In this document: piece by piece, positions 54,350 to 64,000 of the stretch
How positions within the stretch are numbered: position 1 is the first letter of the stretch
Layout of the letters: the number at the start of each line of letters is the position of its first letter
Assembly: GCA_965221955.1 (NCBI GenBank)
Contig: CBDCTA010000029.1
Coordinates: forward strand, 352,001 to 416,000
Length of the DNA: 64,000 nt
Source: Gammaproteobacteria bacterium
GTDB lineage: Bacteria > Pseudomonadota > Gammaproteobacteria > UBA4575
Direction of reading: 5' to 3'
Made by a program: the position numbers and the translations under genes
Notes under the pieces: model-generated
What the model was told of the DNA's origin: nothing
The model's input: the letters and a program-made list of their open reading frames with translations, nothing else
Databases searched by the model: none

Positions 54350-55275
54350 ATGAACGCTGTGATGCAAAAAAAAATACACAACTCGAATCATCAACGCAAA
54401 ATTTGCGAGGCAGGCTCGAAAAAAATATTTCTTTGGCGCGTTATACGAGTTGGAAAGTGGGTGGTTTGGCAGATGCTTTATATCAACCTGCAGATTTAGA
54501 AGACTTGCAGCATTATCTACAAACTTTAGATGTCTCCATGCCTGTTACTTGGTTAGGTAGGGGTACTAATGTATTAATAAGAGATGGTGGAATTCGTGGA
54601 GTAGTAATCGTGATGCATGGTTGTATGAATGCATTGCAAAAAATAGATGAAAATCTAGTGCGCGCTGAAGTTGGTGTGTCATGCGCCAAGTTGGCACGTG
54701 CGATTGCAGAATATGAATTGCAGGGTGGAGAATTTCTTGCTGGTATCCCTGGCACGGTGGGGGGTGCATTGGCAATGAATTCAGGCGCGTATGGTAGTGA
54801 AACTTGGAACTATGTTGTTGAAGTGGAGACCTTGAGTCGTCGAGGTGTGTTGCAAAAGCGTGCAGCGGATGATTTTGAGATTGCTTATCGTTCTGTAAAG
54901 GGGCTGGGTGACGAATGGTTTATCGCAGCTACATTTAGGTTTAACCATGGTAGTGGCGAGCAAGCAAAACAAACAATTCGTAAGCTATTAGATAAACGTA
55001 ATGCTGCTCAACCAGTAGGCGCAAATAGCTGTGGCTCAGTTTTTCGCAATCCCAAAAATGATTTTGCTGCTCGCTTGATTGAGGCATGTAATTTAAAAGG
55101 TTTGGCTATTGGTGGAGCACAAATCTCTAGCAAACATGCAAATTTCATTATTAATACGGGTGATGCAACTGCGAGTGATATTGAAAAACTTATTTTGCAA
55201 GTTCGAAGTACAGTTGAAAATGAACAAGGTGTGTCATTAATGCCCGAAGTTAAAATTATCGGCGAGGCTGCATAA
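54350..55275 (+). CDS. murB: UDP-N-acetylenolpyruvoylglucosamine reductase; probable indel in the A9 run at 54366-54374
   Basis: GGLAD, GRGTN, GIPGTVGG, GSVFRNP, HANF; ATG 54350 is in frame only if the A-run is 10 (or 7) long. Confidence 0.92.
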
Positions 55276-56240
55276 TGTCTATGCAAGATTATTCGCAGTC
55301 GTTAGGAAAAGTTGCCGTGTTAATGGGTGGGCAATCTTCGGAGCGAGAGATATCACTTAAAAGTGGTGCAGCTGTACTCAATGCGTTACAGGTAGAAAGC
55401 GTTCAGGTCGAAGCTATCGATGTAGATAAAAATATATTTGAAAAACTGCGTTCAGGTAATTTTGCACGTGCATTTATAGCTTTGCATGGCCCACTTGGTG
55501 AAGATGGTTGTATTCAGGGCGGTTTAGAGGTGATGGGTTTGCCCTACAGCGGTAGCGGAGTGATGGCATCTAGCATTTGTATGAATAAGTTGATGACCAA
55601 ACAGTTATGGCAAGGTTGTGATATTCCAACACCTAAACATCAAGTGTTGAGAGAGGGTACGAATGAAGATCAACTAATTTCACAGTTAGGTCTACCCATG
55701 ATTTTTAAGCCTGTATCACAGGGTTCAAGCGTTGGTATGACCAAAGTGAACGATAAAAGTGAAATTGCTGCAGCATGGGCCGATGCACGTAAATATGAGG
55801 AAACGGTGATTGCAGAACAATGGATCACGGGTAAGGAATATACTGTTACCATACTCAATGGAAGAGCGTTGCCAATAATTCGTTTAGAAACTCCAAACAC
55901 TTTTTACGACTATGAAGCTAAATATGAAGCTGATGACACGCAATATCACTGTCCGTGCGGATTAACTGAAGAATTAGAGAAAAAAATTCAATCACTCTCA
56001 TTGTTAGCATTCAATGCAACAGGGGCAACTGGCTGGGGTCGTGTGGATGTAATGTTAGATGATCAGCAGCAACCGTGGTTTTTGGAGGTCAATACAGTTC
56101 CAGGAATGACGGACCATAGTCTTGTTCCCATGGCTGCAAAAGCAGAAGGTATTAGCTTTAATGAGTTAGTAATTAAAATATTACAAACATCTTTTAAAGA
56201 AGATTCTAAGTTTATTTCTGAAGAGTGTGTTACGGCATGA
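55275..56240 (+). CDS. ddl: D-alanine-D-alanine ligase
   Basis: GGQSSEREIS, HGPLGEDG, GSSVG, YDYEAKY, EVNTVPG. Confidence 0.97.
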   Translation: MSMQDYSQSLGKVAVLMGGQSSEREISLKSGAAVLNALQVESVQVEAIDVDKNIFEKLRSGNFARAFIALHGPLGEDGCIQGGLEVMGLPYSGSGVMASSICMNKLMTKQLWQGCDIPTPKHQVLREGTNEDQLISQLGLPMIFKPVSQGSSVGMTKVNDKSEIAAAWADARKYEETVIAEQWITGKEYTVTILNGRALPIIRLETPNTFYDYEAKYEADDTQYHCPCGLTEELEKKIQSLSLLAFNATGATGWGRVDVMLDDQQQPWFLEVNTVPGMTDHSLVPMAAKAEGISFNELVIKILQTSFKEDSKFISEECVTA

Positions 56241-57064
56241 AGCGCAATAAACGTAAAACAACAAGGCGCAATTCAGTTAGGCGTAAAAAAACTTCTGTGC
56301 AAACTTTTTCATTGCGCGATGCTTGGGATGTAATTGTAGTGATTATGTTATTAATAATCATAGTGTACTTTTCTACTCATGTTCGAAATAATCAGCACTT
56401 TGTTGCAGCATGGCCCGTTATAGAGCATGTGAATATAAGTGGAGAAGTCGATGCGGTTGACCGCGAGGCATTAAAAGCTATTATTCGCAACCACAGTGCA
56501 GGTGGTTTTTTGCGTGTACAAATGGATCAACTTGAAGAAGCACTAGAAAAATTAACCTGGGTACATCAAGCGTCTGTACAACGATATTGGCCAAGTACAT
56601 TAAGTGTGAAAATTTTACAGCACAGCCCTATCGCTCGTTGGGGAGATACTGGGTTAATGAATGCTTATGGAAATTTGTTTTTTCCTACAGATGTTGAGTC
56701 GTTTCAAAATTTACCCATGCTTTATGGTGAAGAAGTTAGAGCGAAAGATTTAGCGCGTACTTTTGAAAATAGTATGCAACAGTTGAAACCATTAGGGCTG
56801 CAATTGCGCGGTTTGTTCGAAGATGAGCGTCAATCCAAACATCTAGTGCTGTCTGATGGGTTGATTATTTCAATAGGTGATGGAGAAGTGTCTGAGAAAA
56901 TTAATCGATTCATCACCGCATATGAGCAATATTTGGCTACAAAAATAACAGAAGTTAAAAAAGTCGATTTGAGATATACCAATGGTTTGGCAATCGAATG
57001 GAAAAGCCCTCAATTTGCCCAAAACTTAAATACAAATATTCATTCCATGGAACCTAATTTATGA
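56237..57064 (+). CDS. ftsQ: Cell division protein FtsQ
   Basis: Basic N-terminus, TM, POTRA (RYWP), DLRYTNGLA; ATGA overlap with ddl. Confidence 0.93.
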   Translation: MKRNKRKTTRRNSVRRKKTSVQTFSLRDAWDVIVVIMLLIIIVYFSTHVRNNQHFVAAWPVIEHVNISGEVDAVDREALKAIIRNHSAGGFLRVQMDQLEEALEKLTWVHQASVQRYWPSTLSVKILQHSPIARWGDTGLMNAYGNLFFPTDVESFQNLPMLYGEEVRAKDLARTFENSMQQLKPLGLQLRGLFEDERQSKHLVLSDGLIISIGDGEVSEKINRFITAYEQYLATKITEVKKVDLRYTNGLAIEWKSPQFAQNLNTNIHSMEPNL

Positions 57065-58296
57065 GTCGCAAGGTTGATAAAAGCATGATTGTTGGATTGG
57101 ATATTGGCACTTCCAAAATCACAGCGATTGTTGGAGAAATTAATGAGGATAATCAGTTAGAGATTGTAGGTATTGGCTCGCATCCATCACGCGGCCTGAA
57201 AAAAGGTGTCGTAGTAAATATTGAGTCCACTGTGCAATCGATTCAACGCTGCGTTGAAGAAGCAGAATTAATGGCGGGTTGCCAAATACATTCTGTGTAT
57301 GCAGGTATAGCGGGCAGCCACATTCGCAGTATGAATTCACACGGCATCGTAGCGATTAAAGATCGTGAAGTTTCCTCAAGTGATGTGGAACGTGTCATTG
57401 ATGCTGCAAGAGCGGTTGCGATACCCGCAGATCAACGTGTCTTACATGTCATGCCGCAAGAATTCGTTATTGATCAGCAAGAAGGGATTCGTGAACCGGT
57501 TGGCATGTCCGGTGTGCGTCTTGAAGCAAAAGTTCATCTCGTTACCGGTGCTGAGAGTGCAGCACAAAATATTATTAAATGTGTGCGCCGTTGTGGTTTA
57601 GAAGTTGACGATATTATCTTAGAGCAACTTGCATCTAGTTATTCAGTATTAACCGATGATGAAAAAGAATTAGGGATTTGTTTGGTAGATATTGGTGGCG
57701 GTACTACTGATGTTGCGGTGTTTACCGAAGGCGCAATTAAGCATACTGCAGTCATTCCAATTGCAGGCGATCAAGTCACGAACGATATTGCCGTAGCCAT
57801 GCGCACACCTACTCAATATGCTGAAGAAATAAAAATTAAATATGCTTGCGCATTGCGCCAGCTTGCAAACCCTGATGACACCATAGAAGTACCAAGTGTG
57901 GGGGATCGCGAACCGCGTCGACTTTCACGTCAGACACTTGCTGAAGTAGTAGAGCCTCGTTATGAAGAATTGTTGTCATTGGTGCATGCAGAGTTACGTC
58001 GTAGTGGTTTCGAAGATTTAGTCGCTGCAGGTGTAGTGTTGACGGGTGGTAGTTCAAAAATGGAGGGTGTAGTTGATTTGGCAGAAGAAGTTTTCCACAT
58101 GCCAGTTCGCTTAGGTTTACCACAACATGTAATTGGATTAGTGGATGTTGTGCGCAACCCTATTCATGCAACGGGTGTTGGGTTGTTGTTGTTTGGGCAC
58201 AAAAATCAGCAAATGGGGGAGACTTCATTATTTAGTGAATCGAATGTCGGAAGTGTATTAAAGAGGATGAAGAATTGGTTTCAGGGGAGCTTTTAA
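57061..58296 (+). CDS. ftsA: Cell division protein FtsA
   Basis: LDIGTSK, DIGGGTT, LTGG, C-terminal amphipathic helix. Confidence 0.98.
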   Translation: MSRKVDKSMIVGLDIGTSKITAIVGEINEDNQLEIVGIGSHPSRGLKKGVVVNIESTVQSIQRCVEEAELMAGCQIHSVYAGIAGSHIRSMNSHGIVAIKDREVSSSDVERVIDAARAVAIPADQRVLHVMPQEFVIDQQEGIREPVGMSGVRLEAKVHLVTGAESAAQNIIKCVRRCGLEVDDIILEQLASSYSVLTDDEKELGICLVDIGGGTTDVAVFTEGAIKHTAVIPIAGDQVTNDIAVAMRTPTQYAEEIKIKYACALRQLANPDDTIEVPSVGDREPRRLSRQTLAEVVEPRYEELLSLVHAELRRSGFEDLVAAGVVLTGGSSKMEGVVDLAEEVFHMPVRLGLPQHVIGLVDVVRNPIHATGVGLLLFGHKNQQMGETSLFSESNVGSVLKRMKNWFQGSF

Positions 58297-58361
58297 GTTG
58301 CTCGATAAAACGAGCTCAGTGTTTTCTTAGCATGTAAATGTAAACTAGAGGAGAAAGTATC

Positions 58362-59549
58362 ATGTTTGAATTAATGGATGCGTACAGTCAGAGTGCTGTA
58401 ATAAAAGTAATAGGTGTCGGCGGCGGCGGCGGTAATGCCGTGCAGCACATGGTTAACTCTGCAATTGAGGGAGTTGACTTTGTTTGTGCAAACACCGATT
58501 CGCAAGCTTTAAAAAACACCAATGCTAAAACAGTGTTGCAGATGGGGAGCGAAATAACAAAAGGATTGGGCGCAGGCGCTAATCCCGTTGTGGGTCGTGA
58601 AGCTGCTATTGAAGACCGCGATCGTATTCACGATGTGATTGCGGGAGCAGATATGTTGTTTATCACTGCTGGCATGGGTGGTGGTACTGGTACTGGTGCG
58701 GCACCTGTAGTTGCGGAAGTGGCTAAAGAGTTAGGTATTTTAACTGTTGCAGTAGTCACTAAGCCGTTTCCTTTTGAGGGTGCAAAGCGCATGCAAATTG
58801 CTGATACTGGAATTGAAGAACTCAGCAAGCATGTTGATTCATTAATCACCATTCCTAATGAAAAGTTGTTGACGGTTTTAGGAAAAGATACAAATTTACT
58901 TGAAGCCTTTAAGTCTGCAAACGATGTGTTGCATGGTGCAGTGCAAGGCATTGCAGAGCTTATTACTTGTCCAGGTTTAATTAATGTCGACTTTGCGGAT
59001 GTGCGTACCGTAATGTCTGAAATGGGAATGGCGATGATGGGTTCTGGTTTGTCCGTAGGTACAGAACGTGCACGTGAGGCGGCAGAATCTGCCATTTCAA
59101 GTCCACTACTTGAAGATGTGAACATTTCGGGTGCGAAGGGAATTCTAGTGAATGTAACTGCTAGTACCAGTCTGTCAATCGGAGAGTTCGAAGAAGTCGG
59201 TAATCACATAAAAGGGTTGGCATCAGATGACGCAACCGTAGTTGTTGGCACAGTGATTGATGAATCTATGGCAGATAATCTTCGTGTCACTTTGGTTGCA
59301 ACTGGAATTGGTTCGCAGAGTATGGCAATGCCAACTCGACCCACTGTTAAGTTAGTCGAGACTAAGCCAAAAGTTGTTATCGAAGATCCAGCTGTGGCGG
59401 AAATGGATGAAGAGTTGGAAGTGCCGGTAGCGATACGAACGGAAAATCGTGCTAAGGCGGTCAATGAAGCGAGAACGAGTGAAAAAGAGGATGACTACGA
59501 TCTTGATTACTTAGACATTCCAGCATTTTTACGCCGCCAAGCAGATTAG
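58362..59549 (+). CDS. ftsZ: Cell division protein FtsZ
   Basis: GGGTGTG signature, NVDFAD, C-terminal LDIPAFLR. Confidence 0.99.
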   Translation: MFELMDAYSQSAVIKVIGVGGGGGNAVQHMVNSAIEGVDFVCANTDSQALKNTNAKTVLQMGSEITKGLGAGANPVVGREAAIEDRDRIHDVIAGADMLFITAGMGGGTGTGAAPVVAEVAKELGILTVAVVTKPFPFEGAKRMQIADTGIEELSKHVDSLITIPNEKLLTVLGKDTNLLEAFKSANDVLHGAVQGIAELITCPGLINVDFADVRTVMSEMGMAMMGSGLSVGTERAREAAESAISSPLLEDVNISGAKGILVNVTASTSLSIGEFEEVGNHIKGLASDDATVVVGTVIDESMADNLRVTLVATGIGSQSMAMPTRPTVKLVETKPKVVIEDPAVAEMDEELEVPVAIRTENRAKAVNEARTSEKEDDYDLDYLDIPAFLRRQAD

Positions 59550-59816
59550 TGCTCATTAGTATTGGGCTAAGCAGTTGATTTATAGGCAACTCCTGGATGT
59601 CCTAATTGGAACTAAATGCCACATTAGAGTTCAAAGTTCCTAACGGCGTAATGGTAGGAATTGTGTAATAATGTTGCGGCTTTTTAATAGTACTTTCATA
59701 TAAATGAAATGAAAGGGCTAGATGTGCCGATAGGCGACAAAAGAGCATCCAAATAGGGGTGTCCAATTACGACCTGTAATCAAATAGGATTAGCGATCGA
59801 ATAGGACTTACGATCC

Positions 59817-60734
59817 GTGATAAAACAAAGAACGTTAAAGAATGTAATACGCGCAACTGGCGTGGGTTTGCATACGGGAAAAAAGGTTTATTTAACCTTG
59901 CGGCCTGCACCTGTTGATACTGGTGTGGTATTTCGTCGTATTGATCTTGACCCTCCTGTAGAAATTAAGGCTAGTCCTGAGAATGTGGGCGATACAAGTC
60001 TATCTACTACCTTGGTGGCTGGTGATGTGCGTATCTCTACTGTTGAACATTTACTTTCTGCAATTGCGGGTTTAGGTATCGACAATGCTTACGTCGATGT
60101 AAGTGCTGCCGAAGTGCCTATCATGGATGGTAGCGCAGGGCCTTTTGTATTCTTGGTGCAATCCGCAGGGATCATTGAGCAAAATGCGCCGAAGAAATTC
60201 ATACGTATTATAAAGTCTGTAGAAATTAAGGAAGAGGATAAGTGGGCACGCTTTGATCCTTTTGATGGTTTTAAAGTAGGCTTCACTATTGATTTTGATC
60301 ATCCCGTGTTTCAAGCCGCTCCGCAGAAAGCTGAACTGGATTTTTCTACCACATCTTTCGTGAAAGAAGTATCCCGCTCACGTACTTTTGGGTTTATGCG
60401 TGACTTTGAAACTTTGCGTTCGCAAAATCTTGCTTTAGGCGGAAGCTTGGACAATTCAATTGCGGTGGATGATCATCGCATACTTAATGAAGATGGCTTA
60501 CGTTACGAGGACGAGTTTGTAAAACATAAGATTCTTGATGCAATCGGTGATTTATATCTGCTCGGCCATAGTTTGATAGGTGCATTTAGTGGTTATAAAT
60601 CTGGTCATGCACTGAATAATAAATTGCTGCGACACTTAGTTGCCGTTACGGATGCATGGGAAGAAGTAACATTTGAGGATGATGCAGAAGATGTACCGAT
60701 TTTCTATAGTCGTCCGATTAGTGCGAGTTCCTAG
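59817..60734 (+). CDS. lpxC: UDP-3-O-acyl-GlcNAc deacetylase
   Basis: GVGLH, TVEH, HKILD, GH; GTG start with AGGA RBS. Confidence 0.98.
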   Translation: MIKQRTLKNVIRATGVGLHTGKKVYLTLRPAPVDTGVVFRRIDLDPPVEIKASPENVGDTSLSTTLVAGDVRISTVEHLLSAIAGLGIDNAYVDVSAAEVPIMDGSAGPFVFLVQSAGIIEQNAPKKFIRIIKSVEIKEEDKWARFDPFDGFKVGFTIDFDHPVFQAAPQKAELDFSTTSFVKEVSRSRTFGFMRDFETLRSQNLALGGSLDNSIAVDDHRILNEDGLRYEDEFVKHKILDAIGDLYLLGHSLIGAFSGYKSGHALNNKLLRHLVAVTDAWEEVTFEDDAEDVPIFYSRPISASS

Positions 60735-60780
60735 ACCACGAATTAGCAAACCCTTGTTCTCAGCCAAAGGACTGCTCTGA

Positions 60781-61218
60781 TCATCCCTTTTCACTACTCT
60801 GATAGCCTCGAGAGGCGAGGTGTTGAAGCGCTTTCTGCAGTTCTAAGTCTTTGATATCTTTGGCGCATCGGTGGATATGTTCGGCGCTGTTTGTGGACAA
60901 ATTCTCCGCTTTCATCGGATGGTTGCCACCATTGACTATGCTGCCTATTTTAACCTTTATTTGATTCAAGTATTCCTTTACAGTAAGACTTAGTTCTTGA
61001 TTCAGCTGCTTTAGTATCTCTCGTTGCTGAAATCGAATAATGCTCGCCCGATTAGGGTCATCTGTGATGATCGTGAGGGTGCGATTGTCGATCCCAGCAA
61101 CCCAACAGTGTCTAGCTAGGTCTTCAGGTAACTGCATTCTTACGCTCAAGGTGAGCCGATGTAGCAGTTTAGCTTTTTTTTGTAGATCTGCACTGATGTA
61201 TGAAGAAAATTTTTGCAT
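60781..61218 (-). CDS. DciA / DUF721 family protein
   Basis: Antisense position between lpxC and M23-secA; LARHCWV...IRFQQREIL pattern; C-terminal LQKALQHLA. Confidence 0.75.
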   Translation of the reverse strand: MQKFSSYISADLQKKAKLLHRLTLSVRMQLPEDLARHCWVAGIDNRTLTIITDDPNRASIIRFQQREILKQLNQELSLTVKEYLNQIKVKIGSIVNGGNHPMKAENLSTNSAEHIHRCAKDIKDLELQKALQHLASRGYQSSEKG

Positions 61219-61302
61219 CAGACTTTTACATGGATTGTAAATAATGTTGGTGATAACTATTGATGAACAGGGACTTAAAATAATAAGTATAATGAATTAA
61301 AA

Positions 61303-62211
61303 ATGAACATTATCATTTTCCCACGTCCGCAAACAAATCATATCTATGCAAAACCTTTGCATGGCTTAAATAAGATTGCTCTGTTTTTAGGAATTATAAC
61401 GGTTTCGGCGGTTCTGTTGGGTGGTGGATATTTACTTGGTATTTCATTTGGACACAAGACGATACTCAACGAATGGAAGGCGGATGTAAGTGCTCAAAAA
61501 GAACGCCTACAATTAGCTAAACATGAAAGTGAAACGCATGTAGATGCATTGACAACAAAAGTGGGCTTGTTGCAAGCGCACGTTAATCGTATTGATGCCT
61601 TGGGTAATATGTTGGTAAGTATGGCAGGATTAGATCAAGACGAGTTTAGTTTTGATTCTGTTCCAGGTGTTGGTGGTGCAAATGCTACTCTTGAGGGTGA
61701 GCAGCATGTGGATATGGAAATCGACACAGTACTTGCCAGGTTGAATACAGAAATTGAAAATCGTGAGCACCAATTAAAAGTATTAAATGATTTATTGATT
61801 GATGAAAAACTAGAGCAAGAGACTCGACCTCAAGGTCGCCCAGTGATTCATGGCTGGATTTCATCTTATTTTGGCAAACGTACGAGTCCATTCACTGGTA
61901 AAACTGAGACCCACAGAGGCGTAGATTTTGCAGGCAAGGAAGGCAACGACGTCGTTTCAGTGGCAGGTGGTGTGGTCACTAAGGCAGGCAAAAAAGGCGC
62001 TTATGGTTATCTTGTAGAGGTTGATCATGGCAACGGCTATGTAACGCGCTATGGGCATAATCAGATGGTTCTAGTTCAAGTTGGTGAAGCAATAAGACGC
62101 GGCCAAGTGATCGCCAAATTAGGTAGTACGGGACGTTCTACCGGTCCACATGTGCATTTTGAAGTAATCAAAGATGGTGCACGTATTAATCCGATGAAAT
62201 TTATCGAGTAA
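61303..62211 (+). CDS. M23 family metallopeptidase
   Basis: TM, coiled coil, HRGVD, YGH, STGPHVH. Confidence 0.95.
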   Translation: MNIIIFPRPQTNHIYAKPLHGLNKIALFLGIITVSAVLLGGGYLLGISFGHKTILNEWKADVSAQKERLQLAKHESETHVDALTTKVGLLQAHVNRIDALGNMLVSMAGLDQDEFSFDSVPGVGGANATLEGEQHVDMEIDTVLARLNTEIENREHQLKVLNDLLIDEKLEQETRPQGRPVIHGWISSYFGKRTSPFTGKTETHRGVDFAGKEGNDVVSVAGGVVTKAGKKGAYGYLVEVDHGNGYVTRYGHNQMVLVQVGEAIRRGQVIAKLGSTGRSTGPHVHFEVIKDGARINPMKFIE

Positions 62212-62447
62212 GAAAATCTCCGCCTGTAAAAACCAGCTAGTTGATCTTTATATAGCGATTTCTTTATTTACTTCTTTGTTAGTTCTTTTTTCACGCTAGT
62301 GTATAATTGCTAGCTTGCTTCTAACGTAAAACTAATATTCATATATCTAGATCTATTTTATCTGGCTGTAAATTTATCGAGTTGGCCTTTACTGAAAATT
62401 GTAGAGCCTAGGCCGAACTCTCTAATGCACCTCTAATCTAAGTAAGT

Positions 62448-64000
62448 ATGTTTCAGAAAATATTTGGTAGTCGCAATCAGCGATTAGTCAAACAATACAG
62501 CAAAACGGTTAAAAAAATTAACGCTCTTGAGGACGCTTATCAGGCCCTTGATGATGAGGCCCTAAAGAATAAAACCACAGAGTTTCGAAGCCAAATCAAT
62601 AACGGAACTAGTCTAGAAGAAATCCTTCCTGATGCTTTTGCAACAGTGCGTGAAGCCGCCAGGCGTGTCTTGGGTATGCGTCATTTTGACGTACAACTTA
62701 TCGGTGGCATGGTCCTTAATGAAGGCAAGATTGCAGAGATGCGTACCGGCGAAGGGAAGACTTTAGTAGCTACGTTGCCAGTGTATCTAAACGCATTGGC
62801 TGGTAAGGGGGCGCATGTTGTAACGGTGAACGATTATTTGGCTAAGCGTGATGCAGAATGGATGGGAGAGGTCTATCGTTTCCTTGATATGAGTGTTGGC
62901 GTAGTTACTGGTGGCATGATGCATGAAGAACGCAAACAAGCTTATGCTGCAGATATTACTTACGGCACCAATAATGAATTCGGTTTTGATTATCTGCGTG
63001 ACAATATGGAATTCGCTATCGAAGGTTGTGTTCAACGTGAGTTACATTTTGCGGTGGTGGATGAGGTTGATTCCATTCTAATTGACGAAGCACGCACACC
63101 ATTAATCATTTCAGGTCCTACGGGTGAAAATTCTGAAATGTATATGGCGATTAATAAGCTGGTACCAAAGTTAGTTCGGCAACGAGAAGAAGAGGGGCCA
63201 GGTGATTACAGTGTTGATGAAAAAAGTAAGCAAATTTTTCTTACGGAGGATGGTCATCAGCACATTGAAGAGTTGCTTGCGGAGCAAAAGCTGTTGGGTG
63301 AAGGGGAAACGCTTTACGACACAACTAATATAAGCTTATTGCATCACGTCAATGCAGCGCTACGAGCACATGCGTTATTCCAAAAGAATGTTGATTATAT
63401 CGTCAAAGATGGTCAAGTCATTATTGTGGATGAATTTACTGGACGCACGATGCCGGGTAGGCGTTGGTCTGATGGCCTGCATCAGGCGGTTGAGGCTAAA
63501 GAAGGTGTGAAGATCCAAAATGAAAACCAAACCTTAGCGTCGATTACGTTTCAAAATTATTTTCGTTTGTATGACAAGCTGTCTGGTATGACGGGTACAG
63601 CGGATACCGAGGCATTTGAATTTCAGTCCATCTATGGTTTAGAGGTAGTTGTAATTCCAACGCACCGAGAGATGGTGCGTGATGACATGGGTGATTTAGT
63701 TTATCTCACTCTAAATGAAAAATACGATGCGATTATTAATGATATAAAAGATTGCGTACAAAGAGGTCAACCGGTCTTGGTTGGAACGACTTCAATCGAA
63801 TCTTCTGAACTCATTTCGAATGTATTAACAAAATCTAACATCGAACATCAAGTGCTCAATGCGAAGCAGCATGAGAAAGAGTCACACATCATTACGCATG
63901 CAGGTATGCCTGGCAAAGTTACCATTGCAACGAACATGGCAGGGCGCGGAACAGATATCGTTTTAGGTGGTAGCTTAGATGCCGAATTGCAGGAAAAAGG
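62448..64000 (+). CDS. secA: Preprotein translocase ATPase SecA, 5' part (runs off the window)
   Basis: [60 protein letters not shown]. Confidence 0.98.
   Translation, partial: MFQKIFGSRNQRLVKQYSKTVKKINALEDAYQALDDEALKNKTTEFRSQINNGTSLEEILPDAFATVREAARRVLGMRHFDVQLIGGMVLNEGKIAEMRTGEGKTLVATLPVYLNALAGKGAHVVTVNDYLAKRDAEWMGEVYRFLDMSVGVVTGGMMHEERKQAYAADITYGTNNEFGFDYLRDNMEFAIEGCVQRELHFAVVDEVDSILIDEARTPLIISGPTGENSEMYMAINKLVPKLVRQREEEGPGDYSVDEKSKQIFLTEDGHQHIEELLAEQKLLGEGETLYDTTNISLLHHVNAALRAHALFQKNVDYIVKDGQVIIVDEFTGRTMPGRRWSDGLHQAVEAKEGVKIQNENQTLASITFQNYFRLYDKLSGMTGTADTEAFEFQSIYGLEVVVIPTHREMVRDDMGDLVYLTLNEKYDAIINDIKDCVQRGQPVLVGTTSIESSELISNVLTKSNIEHQVLNAKQHEKESHIITHAGMPGKVTIATNMAGRGTDIVLGGSLDAELQEK

Overview
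AT-rich gammaproteobacterial chromosome segment, probably from an uncultured lineage and apparently from an imperfectly polished assembly. Most of it is conserved core, in this order: the mgtE / regulatory PTS / rpoN / lptCAB / kdsC block on the minus strand; mlaFEDCB-murA-hisG-aroG-hisD-hisC; degS, Nif3, petABC-sspAB and a macrodomain gene; then glcD-like, gmhA/diaA, yraN, lpoA, rsmI, rnpB and the dcw cluster (mraZ to ftsZ); lpxC, dciA, an M23 peptidase and the 5' part of secA. The main accessory element is a ~7.5 kb AT-rich island at 28462-35922. It has a divergent XRE-type regulator facing one tightly packed operon: di-iron sterol desaturase/fatty acid hydroxylase, an unknown exported protein, an HTTM (vitamin K-dependent carboxylase-like) protein fused to a DCC1-like CxxC domain, a small membrane protein, a desaturase-GH3 acyl-amido synthetase fusion and an enolase-superfamily enzyme. 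I read it as a candidate undescribed lipid/acyl-amide tailoring pathway; that function is inference. Frameshifts in murD, murG, murC, probably murB, and two island genes look like sequencing indels. I saw no tRNA, rRNA, CRISPR array, transposase or integrase.
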